64,000 nucleotides of DNA from IMG/VR virus record IMGVR_UViG_2617270923_000003, positions 1 to 64,000 of that record; one strand, 5' to 3'. The position numbers and the translations under genes are program-made. This document shows positions 42,512 to 52,220 of this stretch, in pieces. The notes beneath the pieces are model-generated. The model was given only the letters and a program-made list of their open reading frames with translations, searched no databases and was not told the DNA's origin. Source of the DNA: a virus. Every line of letters starts with the position of its first letter. Within the stretch, counting starts at the first letter, position 1.

Positions 42512-45500
42512 GACAGGCAGTCCGCGACGGCTGCGAACACCTGATTCATGTTTTCCTGCTTGTCCGGGTCGTGATAGATTTCACCCGGAGAGAAGCCGAT
42601 GATGATGTTGGCGTCATACTTCTTGGAGTAGATGACCTTGCCGGCCTGCTCTGACGCCTTACCCTTGAAGTCCGGGAAGAAGTGACGCACGGTCGTCGAG
42701 CCGAGGAGCACGATGACGGGCGGCTGCAACAATTCGATCTCCCGCTCCAGGTAGGGCTCGTAGGTCTTGATCTCGTCGGGCGTGACCTGCTTGCCGCGCT
42801 TCGGACGCTTGATGAGCGCCGTCCAATAGGCGTTGTGTCTATCGAGGGACGCCGTTTCGATCGCTTCGACCACTGCGTTATTCGAGATCGAGAAGCCCAT
42901 GATCCCGCCCGTGTCCTCCTCGTTGCCGGGGGCATCGGAGATGATCATGAAGTCGGCGCTCTTGCCGAAGAACGGCTTGACCGGATATCCGTCTGCAGTC
43001 GTGGCCTTGGGCCCATGCGCTGCGCGGTATTCGTCCACGAGCTCGCCAAGGGCTGCCTTCGTGTCCTTATCCTTGTTCAAGTCGTGGTCGACCGGCACAT
43101 GCGCGGCGATCAGGCCCGGCAGGAGTTCGATCTGGTCCTTGATGCGGCTCGGGTCGTTAGCAGGCGCCTGACCAGACTCAATGCGAGAGAAAGCACCCAC
43201 CAGGTCGAGCGCCTCCTGGACCCGCTTGTTACAGACGCGCTTCTCCACCCGAGACAGGAAATCGTTCTTATCGACAAACGGGCCGGCCTTGCGGGCTGCG
43301 AGGATCGCGTTCGTTGCCTTCTCGCTCAGACCCTTGATGCGCTGGAGCGGCATGACGAGGCGGACAGACGTTGCCATCTCGAAGCGGTTGGTCGAGATAT
43401 TGATGTCAGGCATCGAGACCTCGATCCCGAGCGCCTTTGCATCCCGGATGATACCCGTCAGCTTCTCTTCCTTCTGCACGGTCAGGGCTGCGGCGTAGAA
43501 CTCGGCCGGATAGTAGGTCTTGAGATACATCGACTGATAGGAGATCAGCGTGTATTCGACCGAGTGCGACTTGTTGAAGCCGTAGCCGGCGAAGCCTTCG
43601 ATCTTGTCGAACAGAGCGCCTGCCCAATCCTCGGTGCAGCCGATCGTGGCGACACAGCCGTCGCAGAACTTCTTCCGCTCCTTCTTCATTTCCTCCGGCA
43701 GCTTCTTGCCCATGATCTTGCGGAGCTTGTCAGCAGCGGCGCCGGAGTAGCCGGCGATCACCTGGGAGATCTTCATGACCTGCTCCTGGTAGACGATGAC
43801 GCCGAAGGTTTCTTCGAGCACCGGCTCCATCAGCGGGTGATCATATTCGATCTCCTCATTGCCCTGCTTGCGCAGATAGAAGCTATCCATCATCCCGGAC
43901 TCGATCGGGCCAGGACGATAGAGCGCGGTGCAAGCCGTGATATCTTCGAAGGTGATGACGCCAGTCGAGCCGAGCTCCTTCAAGAGCCGGCGCATACCTC
44001 CGGACTCGAACTGGAAGATGGCAGTCGTGTTCGCCTTGGCGAAGTTCGCCAGCACCTTCTCGTCATCGAGAGGAATGCGGTTCAAGTCGATGCGCTTGCC
44101 CGTGTTCTCGCGGATATATTCGAGCGCCAGGGTCATATGGTCGAGCGTGTTCAGGCCGAGCACGTCCATCTTGACCAGGCCCTGGTCCTCGACGATGCGC
44201 TTGTCCCAGCACACGACGTTGCCTTCCTTGCGCCGTTCCACGACCGCGCGATCCACAATGTCTACACCGGCGACAATGACACCGCCTGCGTGCTGACCGA
44301 AGTTGCGGATCGTTCCTTCCAGGCGCTCCATCATCGGATAGTGCGTCGGATAGTTGTTGGCGAAGTCGTCGATCTCCTTGACCTGCTTGCGAGCCTCGGG
44401 GAGGGGAACGTTCTGCCCGTGCAGCTTCGGCACGAACTTGGAGACGGAGAAGTCCTTTTCGGGGATGAGCGTCACGCGGCCGACATCGCGGATCGCGGAT
44501 GCGGAGCCGAGCGTGCCATAGTTATTGACGCCTGCGACACGCGCTGCGCCATACTTCTTGGTCAGATATTCGAAGACCTCGTGCCGGCGCTCGGACATAA
44601 AATCGAGGTCGGCGTCGGGCAAGTCGATACGTTCGGGATTGATGAAGCGTTCGAACAGGAGCCCGAAGCGGATCGGGTCGCACTCGGTAATGCCCATCAG
44701 ATACGCGACGAGGGATCCGCCCACGGAACCACGACCAGGGCCAACCATGATGCCGGACTTCTTGGCAAACTGCACCACGTCCTGCACGAGCAGGAAGTAA
44801 CCCGAGAAATTGAGGCGCTTGAGGGTTTCGAGTTCATAGGCGAGGCGAGGCTTATAAACCTCGACCAGCTCCTTTGCGCCCGGCTGATGACCGAAGATCG
44901 GCGCGTCGAAGCGCTCCTTCCAGCCCTTCTTGCACTCCTCGACCACGGCGGCGAACTCGTTCGGCGCCATAACCGGCAGTGACACGTCTGCCTTCTTCCA
45001 TTCATATTCGACCAGGTCGACTAGCTCAGCCGTATTGAGCAGCCCCTGCTTGAAGCAATCAGCGACATACGAAGCAGCCATGCCGCGCTTGACCAGGTGG
45101 GCTACCGCCTTCTTCATTTCGCCGACGAGCTCGCCCGAGCCCATGATGTGCATATCGCGGTTGAAACGCGACTTGAACCAGCCATCGGTGATCTTGTTGT
45201 TGTCGGAGATCGCCGTCATAATTTCCTGGGTGTCGGCTTCGCCCTGGCCGTAGAAGGCCGGACGCACGACGATCGGCTTGATGTTCTGCCGGGCGAACTC
45301 GCCAAGCGCGATCTGATTAAGCCGACCGTAATAGGGCGTGCTAACCGGGATCAGCGGCGCATACAGATGCGTCACGCGGGTTTCCAGCTCATCCACGATC
45401 TTCGTGTATTCGGGGTGCTCCAGGATGCTGTGAGCGTCACCGAGGACGATAGCGAGGTCATCCGGCGCGATCTTCGCCAGCTCCTTGTAAAGATCCTCGA

Positions 45501-45873
45501 AGCCGAGCTTGGCCTCGTAGTAGAAGCGGTCGTCCGAGTTGGCGAGCGTCAAGAGACGGAAGATCGCCTTCATGCCAACTTCCTTGAGCGCGTAGACGGT
45601 CAGGAAGTAGGAGCGCGGCATATCCTTCTTTTTCTCACCATCGCCCGGACGCCAGGTCGGATCATCGGACAGGCGCAGCCGGCAACCAATCACAGGCTTC
45701 AGACCCTCGGCCTTGGCCTTATTCGTAAAGTCGATCATGCCAGTAATCGACATGGTGTCGGTCATCGCGACGGCCTTGGCTCCGGCGTCGACGGCGTTCT
45801 TAATCAGACGCTTGGTTGTGAGGATGCTTTCGCCGACTGAGAAATCAGTCCGCGCTGCAAGGATCGAGTGCAT
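42508..45873 (-). CDS. dnaE: DNA polymerase III alpha subunit (DnaE-type C-family polymerase with N-terminal PHP domain)
   Basis: 1121 aa, full-length similarity to bacterial DnaE: PHP His/Asp motifs, palm catalytic Asp region (GPGRGS), fingers, and OB-fold. Confidence 0.9.
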   Translation of the reverse strand: MHSILAARTDFSVGESILTTKRLIKNAVDAGAKAVAMTDTMSITGMIDFTNKAKAEGLKPVIGCRLRLSDDPTWRPGDGEKKKDMPRSYFLTVYALKEVGMKAIFRLLTLANSDDRFYYEAKLGFEDLYKELAKIAPDDLAIVLGDAHSILEHPEYTKIVDELETRVTHLYAPLIPVSTPYYGRLNQIALGEFARQNIKPIVVRPAFYGQGEADTQEIMTAISDNNKITDGWFKSRFNRDMHIMGSGELVGEMKKAVAHLVKRGMAASYVADCFKQGLLNTAELVDLVEYEWKKADVSLPVMAPNEFAAVVEECKKGWKERFDAPIFGHQPGAKELVEVYKPRLAYELETLKRLNFSGYFLLVQDVVQFAKKSGIMVGPGRGSVGGSLVAYLMGITECDPIRFGLLFERFINPERIDLPDADLDFMSERRHEVFEYLTKKYGAARVAGVNNYGTLGSASAIRDVGRVTLIPEKDFSVSKFVPKLHGQNVPLPEARKQVKEIDDFANNYPTHYPMMERLEGTIRNFGQHAGGVIVAGVDIVDRAVVERRKEGNVVCWDKRIVEDQGLVKMDVLGLNTLDHMTLALEYIRENTGKRIDLNRIPLDDEKVLANFAKANTTAIFQFESGGMRRLLKELGSTGVITFEDITACTALYRPGPIESGMMDSFYLRKQGNEEIEYDHPLMEPVLEETFGVIVYQEQVMKISQVIAGYSGAAADKLRKIMGKKLPEEMKKERKKFCDGCVATIGCTEDWAGALFDKIEGFAGYGFNKSHSVEYTLISYQSMYLKTYYPAEFYAAALTVQKEEKLTGIIRDAKALGIEVSMPDINISTNRFEMATSVRLVMPLQRIKGLSEKATNAILAARKAGPFVDKNDFLSRVEKRVCNKRVQEALDLVGAFSRIESGQAPANDPSRIKDQIELLPGLIAAHVPVDHDLNKDKDTKAALGELVDEYRAAHGPKATTADGYPVKPFFGKSADFMIISDAPGNEEDTGGIMGFSISNNAVVEAIETASLDRHNAYWTALIKRPKRGKQVTPDEIKTYEPYLEREIELLQPPVIVLLGSTTVRHFFPDFKGKASEQAGKVIYSKKYDANIIIGFSPGEIYHDPDKQENMNQVFAAVADCLS

Positions 45874-45879
45874 GGCGAA

Positions 45880-46113
45880 TTACCCCTTAATAGGCTGGAA
45901 ATCGTAGACGAAGACGGATGGCTCGTCCTTTGGGAGCAAGCATCCCTGGGCAAGCGCCTGCGCCACGATGTTGCGGGAGATCTGGTCTTCGACGGAACGC
46001 AGCACGCCTTCGTTGAGCGAACCCGGTCCTACGTCCGAGACGCGCTTATGAATGCGGCCGGCGATGACGAAACTGTAAAAGAGCCGCGTTCTGGACTTCT
46101 GTTGCGTCGTCAT
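45880..46113 (-). CDS. hypothetical protein (77 aa)
   Basis: ORF immediately upstream of dnaE. Confidence 0.4.
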   Translation of the reverse strand: MTTQQKSRTRLFYSFVIAGRIHKRVSDVGPGSLNEGVLRSVEDQISRNIVAQALAQGCLLPKDEPSVFVYDFQPIKG

Positions 46114-46116
46114 GGG

Positions 46117-46665
46117 TTAACTCCTGAGAGAAATGATGCCGTCCTGATTGCAGATGGCGCCAATGTGTTCGAGGGCTTGAATTGCCATGCGGGCGTGAGC
46201 GTCTGCCGTGCCCTGCTGCCAATCCAGCTTCTTGACGAAGGCGGTTGCGATGAGCGCCCGGTCGATCCGCGTGTTCTTAAGATTGAGGAGCAGATGACCG
46301 ACGATCTGCATGAACTTCATGGATGCGCCGAACGGGTTCTCGCCACGCGAGAACTTGCCCTTAACGTCGTAGTTTCCACGGTCGAGCCGGTCGATCAGCT
46401 CCTGTGTCTTCTTCGGCAGCACCAGCATGTCAGCCGGGCGATTGGCTTCACGCTCGGCACGTTCCTCTGCGAGCCTGCGGTCACGCTCTGCGTAGACCTG
46501 AGCGGATGTCTTGATACCGTAGCGCTCTCGCAAAACAGCCTGAGCTTCCAGGTGTGCGGGTTCGCACATGCTTGCGAACTTGCATCCACGGCATACGGTG
46601 TCGTCCTTTTTGAAAGCGACTGCGGAGCCGTAGCAACCAGGCGCATACTGAGGAATGGTCGTCAT
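46117..46665 (-). CDS. hypothetical Zn-finger protein (CxxC...CxxC)
   Basis: Start MTTIPQYAPGCYGS at 46665 (TAGGACG RBS); CRGCKFASMC motif. Confidence 0.45.
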   Translation of the reverse strand: MTTIPQYAPGCYGSAVAFKKDDTVCRGCKFASMCEPAHLEAQAVLRERYGIKTSAQVYAERDRRLAEERAEREANRPADMLVLPKKTQELIDRLDRGNYDVKGKFSRGENPFGASMKFMQIVGHLLLNLKNTRIDRALIATAFVKKLDWQQGTADAHARMAIQALEHIGAICNQDGIISLRS

Positions 46666-46672
46666 GATCGTC

Positions 46673-47317
46673 CTAATTCGAAATGAGCCGCCCGATCTGG
46701 GTGACTTCATCCATGATCTGCTTGCGCTCGGCCCGGCTTGCGCCCATGAAATCAAAGATCATTGCGCTGGTGATGCGGCCGGGCATTGCGTAACAAGCGC
46801 CAATTTCCTTGGCGTAGGCGGATTTCGCTTCGAGATCCTTCATACGTTCCATCAGCTCCGGCGGATTGTCCTTGAGGAAGGTCAGAAACATCTGCGACCG
46901 GGGCGACAGGCGCGTCAGAGCGTAAGCGAAGCAATCCTCACGCTGATAGGTTTCGTCCTGACGCTCGTGCGGGTCAGGAACAACGTCGCCAAGCGAGGTT
47001 GCGCCCGTATAATCTGCGTCGTCTCCCCGCAGCTTCATGTCGAGGGACGCGGCGATGGTCTCGCCATGAAAGCGCTCGAAGTTCTTCTCGACCCAGCGAT
47101 TGATGTGGTTGCGCAGACCAGCATAGAGAAAGGTCTTAAACGCGGCACCGCCGTTGTCGTCATACTTTTCGCAGGCCAGGCACCACGCTACCCAGAGCTC
47201 GCTTTCAACATCTTCGAGGGTCTGGGTCTTGGCCCCAAGCGCATGAACGCGCTTGAGCACCTTGTAAGCAAATGCCTTGATCTGCTGGCGATCGAGCTTC
47301 GGGTCACGCTTGATCAT
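46673..47317 (-). CDS. sigma-70 family (ECF-like) sigma factor
   Basis: Region-2-like segment (AFAYKVLKR...ELWVAWCLACEKYD...FKTFLYAGLRNHINRW) and a C-terminal region-4-like HTH. Confidence 0.55.
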   Translation of the reverse strand: MIKRDPKLDRQQIKAFAYKVLKRVHALGAKTQTLEDVESELWVAWCLACEKYDDNGGAAFKTFLYAGLRNHINRWVEKNFERFHGETIAASLDMKLRGDDADYTGATSLGDVVPDPHERQDETYQREDCFAYALTRLSPRSQMFLTFLKDNPPELMERMKDLEAKSAYAKEIGACYAMPGRITSAMIFDFMGASRAERKQIMDEVTQIGRLISN

Positions 47318-48618
47318 GCGCCGAACACCCGCTGCATATATTCCTGCACGACCTTCTTATCGACACGCGACAGACGGTTGGCGAAGGCAAGCTCCATTCC
47401 GAGCGTCCAGTTACCACCGTATGCGATGCCGAGGGATGCGCAGCGGATCAGCTCGCGCGGCGAGACCGTCATAGTGATCTTGCCGTCGCGGAACAGCTTG
47501 CGCACCTCGTTCGCCATCTTGACGATCTTGTTGGCGCTGGCACTGTCGATACCGGTCTTCGACTGCAGGATCGCGGTCTCGATCTTTGCGTCCATGTATT
47601 CGACCTCTTCCGTGATGGCGAAGCGCGAATAGTTGGCTGCGTTCTGGACGAGAGTGCCCTGGTAGAGGCCGGTTTCGTCGCCGACGCCGTTCGTGTTGCC
47701 GGTCGCAACGAAGCGGAAGTTCGGATGCGGGATGATCTTGCGGAAGTGCGGAGGCGCGTCCTTGATCAGGAGCGGCTGCCCTTCGAGAACCGGCTGATAG
47801 ACCGCGGTCACGGACGGCATCGCGAAGTCGTATTCATCGGCACAATAAACCCAGCCGTTGATCATCGCCATCGGCAGCGGCCCGAGCTGGAACTCGGTGA
47901 CGGACTGCTGCTTCATCACCTTATGCTTGACGCCAGCACCATCGAGCTCCTCGACTTCAACCGGCTTCGAGCGCACGGTCCACTGACCAAGAACGTCCGA
48001 CTCCTGCATGTTGATCGTATGCTGGACACGAATGAACGGCCGGCGAGTGCGCGCGGCTGCCTGCTGCAGAATCGTGGTCTTGCCAGTGCCGTGAAAGCCC
48101 CAGAGGTAGGTCGGCATGTTCAGCTCAAAGCCGATGATGACCTTCTTCAACAGGTCGATGTTGAAAACGTAGGACTTGTCGATATCAGCAAGGAAGTCGG
48201 CCGAGATCGGATCATGACCTTCGAGGATCTTGATCGGAATCGGCTGACCCTTGGCAGACAGAGCGGCCGGCGCAGTGCCAAGCTCGAACAGCTCGTGGAA
48301 GAGAGCCTGCTTGACGACGATCTTGGAAGGCGAACCAACACCGGCTTCGACCAGCATGTTTGCCTGGATCGAGTGAGCGTCACCACCGGCAGGGGTCTGG
48401 GCTTCCTTCTCTGCCTTCTTCTTGGCGATGATATCTAGTGCGGTCTGGGAGAACAGCGGCTCGCCGGGAAACTTCTCCTGGTATTTCTCGACCGTCCAGT
48501 CCTTGTGGTTATTCTTGATGTGGGCCTGGATCGAGTGAACGCGAACGTTATCGATATGGCACAAAATCTTATCGTCAGGCGCAGCGACAGCTACGCCAGC
48601 TTCATCAGCCTGGCTCAT
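47314..48618 (-). CDS. CobS-like / MoxR-type AAA+ ATPase
   Basis: Walker A LWGFHGTGKTT, Walker B and sensor motifs of the AAA_5 (CobS/MoxR) type. Paired with a downstream vWA protein. Confidence 0.75.
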   Translation of the reverse strand: MSQADEAGVAVAAPDDKILCHIDNVRVHSIQAHIKNNHKDWTVEKYQEKFPGEPLFSQTALDIIAKKKAEKEAQTPAGGDAHSIQANMLVEAGVGSPSKIVVKQALFHELFELGTAPAALSAKGQPIPIKILEGHDPISADFLADIDKSYVFNIDLLKKVIIGFELNMPTYLWGFHGTGKTTILQQAAARTRRPFIRVQHTINMQESDVLGQWTVRSKPVEVEELDGAGVKHKVMKQQSVTEFQLGPLPMAMINGWVYCADEYDFAMPSVTAVYQPVLEGQPLLIKDAPPHFRKIIPHPNFRFVATGNTNGVGDETGLYQGTLVQNAANYSRFAITEEVEYMDAKIETAILQSKTGIDSASANKIVKMANEVRKLFRDGKITMTVSPRELIRCASLGIAYGGNWTLGMELAFANRLSRVDKKVVQEYMQRVFGA

Positions 48619-48654
48619 GACTTCCCTCTTGTGTGATTAAGCGCTTTCGCGTTG

Positions 48655-48728
48655 CGCTATAAGTAATGACTTACTTATTTTTCAGATGGAGAGCAAGCGG
48701 GAAAATAAGCTCCCGCTTACTTTTTTTA
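48655..48728. promoter_or_regulatory. inverted cassette copy (CGCTATAAGTAATGACTTACTTA on the plus strand) followed by a plus-strand intrinsic-terminator-like hairpin (AAGCGGGAaaataagcTCCCGCTT + T7) between cobT-like and cobS-like genes
   Basis: Orientation is opposite to the other copies; GC stem plus T-tract at 48695-48728. Confidence 0.35.
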
Positions 48729-51086
48729 CATGCCGGTGAGAATCTTCTTGATCTCCGTCATCACCTGACCGGGGAGATCCTCGGCCTTATGGAGAACCGT
48801 CGACTTCGGGTAATACTTGGTCACAGACGAGTCCATGATACCGATCCCGATGCACTCAACGCCCAACTTGCCAAGGCTTTGCACGACACCAGAGAGGTGA
48901 GGGCCGCACTTGGCGCCGCCTGCAGGCTGCCCATCGGACAGAACCAGCATGACCTTGCGCTTTTCAGAGCGTTTAAGCAGCCGCTCGGCTGCATATTCCA
49001 GGGACTCGCCGTCGATGTTGCCATTGAGACCTGCCTGGGCATTCCTCATAAACGCGAAACGACTTTTCACGGTCGCGGTCAGGCGTTCGTCGAAGGTCTT
49101 GTAGATCGGCATAACGATCGGGATCACACGATCCCAATTGATACGCGCCTTTTTCGCATCTTCGGCCATCGCCTCGCGCAGCGACTGCGGCATTCCGTAG
49201 TAGCCACCCGTAGTGAAGCCGATAACCTCATGGGAAATCTTGACGCGGTCGAGGGTCGAGCAGAGCGCATAGCCGGCCGTCATGGCGAGCTTCATCTTCG
49301 GGCCGCCCATCGAGCCGGAGTTGTCGATGACGACCGATACGGCCGTATCCTTCGACACATGCTCCTGCTTCTGGGTGAACACGCGCGGATCGCCGCCCGG
49401 AACACGGAACAGCGATGGCGCATGAAGCTTGCCGGTGCGATGACCAGGAGTGCGGATGACGTGGGACTGAGAGGCCATCATGCGCTCGATGTCCTTCTGC
49501 ATCTTTGAGGTCATCTGCCGAGTCTCGTCTTCCATTTCCGGAACCCACTTGGAGTTCATGTTATCCGGAACCTGCACGGGCTTGATCTCGTCCATCTCGC
49601 GGGTGAAGACGAGATACTGGCGAGGGTCCATTGCCGCGACCGCCGCATCGGAAATCTTGATCGCGATCTGCGAGGACATATCGACGGCTTCGAAATCGCC
49701 GTCCTCGTAGTCGAACAGAGACTTGGCTGCAGCGTTTCCGACGCCTCCTCCTCCGCCCTGGTGCTCCTCCTCGCTGCCGTCGCCTACCTCGCCGATGCCA
49801 CCACCTTCGTCGCCGGAGGTAATGACAGACGATACCTCGTTGCGGCGACCGCCTTCGTCATCGTCACCGTCATCGCCATTGTTCGAGGATTCATCAGCGG
49901 ATGAATTGTCTTCTTCATCAGGGCCGTCCTCAGCGCCTTCGTTCCCGCTTTCGTCTCCTTCGTCCTGTGGATCTTCATCTGCGCCAGGAGCGTCATCCTC
50001 CTCTTCGCTGTCGCCCACCTCGCTCTCAGGATCAGCATCTGCGTCACCGTCGTCGCCGGCGTCATCATCGGAATCCTCTTCGCTGCCATCAGACGGATCG
50101 CCGTCGTCATCGGCGCCAGCTTCTTCCTCAGCGTCGTCTTCCTTATCCTTCTTCTCATTCTTGCCGCCCTTCGAACTATCGGGCTTGGACTTTTCATCGC
50201 CGGCTTCATCACCGTCGCCTTCGCCCTTATCGTCCTTTTTCTTCTGCTTGCCCTTGCCGGACTTGCCTTCGTTCGGCTCCGACTTCGAGTGATCGCGCTC
50301 GCCATCACCGTCACCTTCGCCAGCCTCCTTTTCGGGCTTGTCCACAGACTTGCCCTTGGATTCAGACTTATCCTTCGTCTTTGAAGGCTGGGGCGGGGGA
50401 GGCGGCAGGATCTTGCCCATCAGAATGTCATGGACCTCTTCGGCGACGACGAGCGTCTCCTTGGTGGTCGTTGCCTTCTTGAGGAGCTCAAGAGTGGCCG
50501 GCTTCATGGTCGCGAGCATTTCCTCTACAAGCGGATGCTTCCAGTAGCCGTGCTTGTCCATCCAATCCTGCATTTCTTCGTGCCCGCCAAGAGCGCGCAT
50601 CATCGGGACCATGATGTAGCGGAACTGCTCCTTGGGATCCTTGACGCCCTTGAGCGCCGCATCAGTGATCTTTTCGAGAAACCACTTGCGCGTAACCGAC
50701 AGGTTGCGAGCTGCGCCAGGGAAGGTCTTGACCTGCTCCCGTTCGATCATCACGTCTTCGATAATGTTGTGGGTGTTCATGAACGCACGACGCCTGGGAT
50801 CACGCAGGTCTCGTTCGCTCATACCGCCCTTGCCACCGTAGTAGTGCCAGTCGGTATGAAGGACGTGAGCGACCTCGTGGTCGATAAAGCCGGAAATAGC
50901 CGCGATGAACTCCGAATTTGCATTGTCCGGGATGTTCGGGATATTGACCAGAACCGGCTGCTTGGTCTTGGCATCAGTCTGGACGTAAGCCTGCGAACCG
51001 CGCTGCGTAACCATCAGGCCCTTGCCAGACAGAAGCGGCACGAGCTTGGTAATCACCTCGCGCAGTTCGATGATATCGCGGTTCAT
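48726..51086 (-). CDS. CobT-like vWA-domain protein with a ~200-aa poly-acidic tract
   Basis: vWA MIDAS motif (VIDNSGSMGG) in the C-terminal half. Central Asp/Glu/Gly/Ser low-complexity region. N-terminal CobT-like region. Confidence 0.75.
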   Translation of the reverse strand: MNRDIIELREVITKLVPLLSGKGLMVTQRGSQAYVQTDAKTKQPVLVNIPNIPDNANSEFIAAISGFIDHEVAHVLHTDWHYYGGKGGMSERDLRDPRRRAFMNTHNIIEDVMIEREQVKTFPGAARNLSVTRKWFLEKITDAALKGVKDPKEQFRYIMVPMMRALGGHEEMQDWMDKHGYWKHPLVEEMLATMKPATLELLKKATTTKETLVVAEEVHDILMGKILPPPPPQPSKTKDKSESKGKSVDKPEKEAGEGDGDGERDHSKSEPNEGKSGKGKQKKKDDKGEGDGDEAGDEKSKPDSSKGGKNEKKDKEDDAEEEAGADDDGDPSDGSEEDSDDDAGDDGDADADPESEVGDSEEEDDAPGADEDPQDEGDESGNEGAEDGPDEEDNSSADESSNNGDDGDDDEGGRRNEVSSVITSGDEGGGIGEVGDGSEEEHQGGGGGVGNAAAKSLFDYEDGDFEAVDMSSQIAIKISDAAVAAMDPRQYLVFTREMDEIKPVQVPDNMNSKWVPEMEDETRQMTSKMQKDIERMMASQSHVIRTPGHRTGKLHAPSLFRVPGGDPRVFTQKQEHVSKDTAVSVVIDNSGSMGGPKMKLAMTAGYALCSTLDRVKISHEVIGFTTGGYYGMPQSLREAMAEDAKKARINWDRVIPIVMPIYKTFDERLTATVKSRFAFMRNAQAGLNGNIDGESLEYAAERLLKRSEKRKVMLVLSDGQPAGGAKCGPHLSGVVQSLGKLGVECIGIGIMDSSVTKYYPKSTVLHKAEDLPGQVMTEIKKILTGM

Positions 51087-51132
51087 GTCGCGTCTCTCCT
51101 TGAGATAAGTATTTGATTACTTATGTTTATGC

Positions 51133-51414
51133 TCAAAATGAACGGAGCACTACAGGCTTCACTTCGAACGACAAAAGCCCCTTTGCATCGCCAATGGCTG
51201 GAATGACAACGTGAATGTTGCCGTGGATCGGATGCTTTCCGGAGTAGACGGTGCAACCGTTCATCTCCTCGACCTCGCGATTTTCGAGCTCCATAGCGAC
51301 CTCGTTGGCCTGTTCGTTCGTGAAAGACAGATTGCGGAGGAAAGGTGACTTCTCGCTCATGATGACCTCGTGTTTGGACGGTGTAAGTATGCGATTACTT
51401 ATATTCGCGGACAA
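51133..51414 (-). CDS. hypothetical protein (93 aa or shorter)
   Basis: ORF downstream of a palindrome/promoter cassette at 51392-51450. Confidence 0.4.
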   Translation of the reverse strand: MSANISNRILTPSKHEVIMSEKSPFLRNLSFTNEQANEVAMELENREVEEMNGCTVYSGKHPIHGNIHVVIPAIGDAKGLLSFEVKPVVLRSF

Positions 51415-51473
51415 AAAGAATGCTTGCCATGGTTATAGCAAGCATCCAATTGAACCGCTGCAGGTCAGGAGCG

Positions 51474-51875
51474 TTACGCGTCGGGCGCGAACAGCTTCCG
51501 TAGGGCCTCTTCACGCTCCTTCGTCAAGGCGGGCGGCGTATCGCCCGCCGCTTCTCTGACGGTATTCAGTATGGCGCGCTCTTCCTTGGAGACCCCGGTC
51601 TCCATAAGCTCGGTCAGCATTCTAACCGAGGCGTCGTCGTAAAATTGGGTGAGCGCCAGTTTGAACATATCCACCGGGTCGACACCAAGGGCCTTAGACA
51701 TCGCTGGAACGCGGTCGAGAGCGAGCTTCACATGCCCAAGTTTGAGCATGGTGATCATGTTCTGGTTCTTGAAGCCGACGGCCTCCGCTATCTCTCTTTG
51801 AGACTTCGAAGACTCCATGAGCAGCTTCATAATGTAGTTGGAAAACCTCGTAGGTGTTCCTGCTTCCTTAGCCAT
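51474..51875 (-). CDS. XRE-family HTH transcriptional regulator (Cro/CI-like)
   Basis: HTH SQREIAEAVGFKNQNMITMLKLGH; AGGGGATTTGAA RBS. Diverges from the RHH-RepC operon. Confidence 0.65.
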   Translation of the reverse strand: MAKEAGTPTRFSNYIMKLLMESSKSQREIAEAVGFKNQNMITMLKLGHVKLALDRVPAMSKALGVDPVDMFKLALTQFYDDASVRMLTELMETGVSKEERAILNTVREAAGDTPPALTKEREEALRKLFAPDA

Positions 51876-51912
51876 TTCAAATCCCCTGACAGGCGGTTCG
51901 TTTTCAATTTCA

Positions 51913-51951
51913 GTGTCTCTCGCTTTCGACAGTTCATTTATAGCGAGACAC
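51913..51951. promoter_or_regulatory. 10-bp inverted repeat GTGTCTCGCT...AGCGAGACAC enclosing a TTATAGCG box, in the XRE / RHH divergent control region
   Basis: Perfect 10-bp arms separated by 17 bp; candidate operator. Confidence 0.4.
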
Positions 51952-52177
51952 TGATGGGATCGTTGCGGAAGTCGTTAGACCATACGAAAAAAATATGTCA
52001 ACACTTACTTATTTTCTGGACTCGGCTTGTCATCAATTCGAGTCCTCTATAAGGGCATTTCCCTGGGGCAAAAGGATCGCTGAGTTCCATAATTAAACTT
52101 ATGCGATCAATTGTGGATTCGCTGCTACTGTTGATTGTCTGGAACTTTTGGGGTTCACAAATCGAGAGAATCGGGCA

Positions 52178-52199
52178 ATCACTAGCGATGTAGTGATTT
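52178..52199. promoter_or_regulatory. palindromic operator AATCACTAgcgatgTAGTGATT immediately upstream of the RHH gene
   Basis: 8-bp perfect arms 15-20 bp before the RHH start; typical RHH autorepression site. Confidence 0.45.
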
Positions 52200-52220
52200 G
52201 AATGAGTCGGAAGTTTGAGC

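Noticed and set aside
42682-44982. 766-aa plus-strand ORF
   Set aside because: It is antisense to dnaE; a shadow ORF.
49723-50314. Ser/Pro-rich and Arg-rich ORFs on both strands
   Set aside because: These are alternative frames through the poly-acidic (GAn/GAc-rich) tract of the cobT-like gene; frame artefacts.
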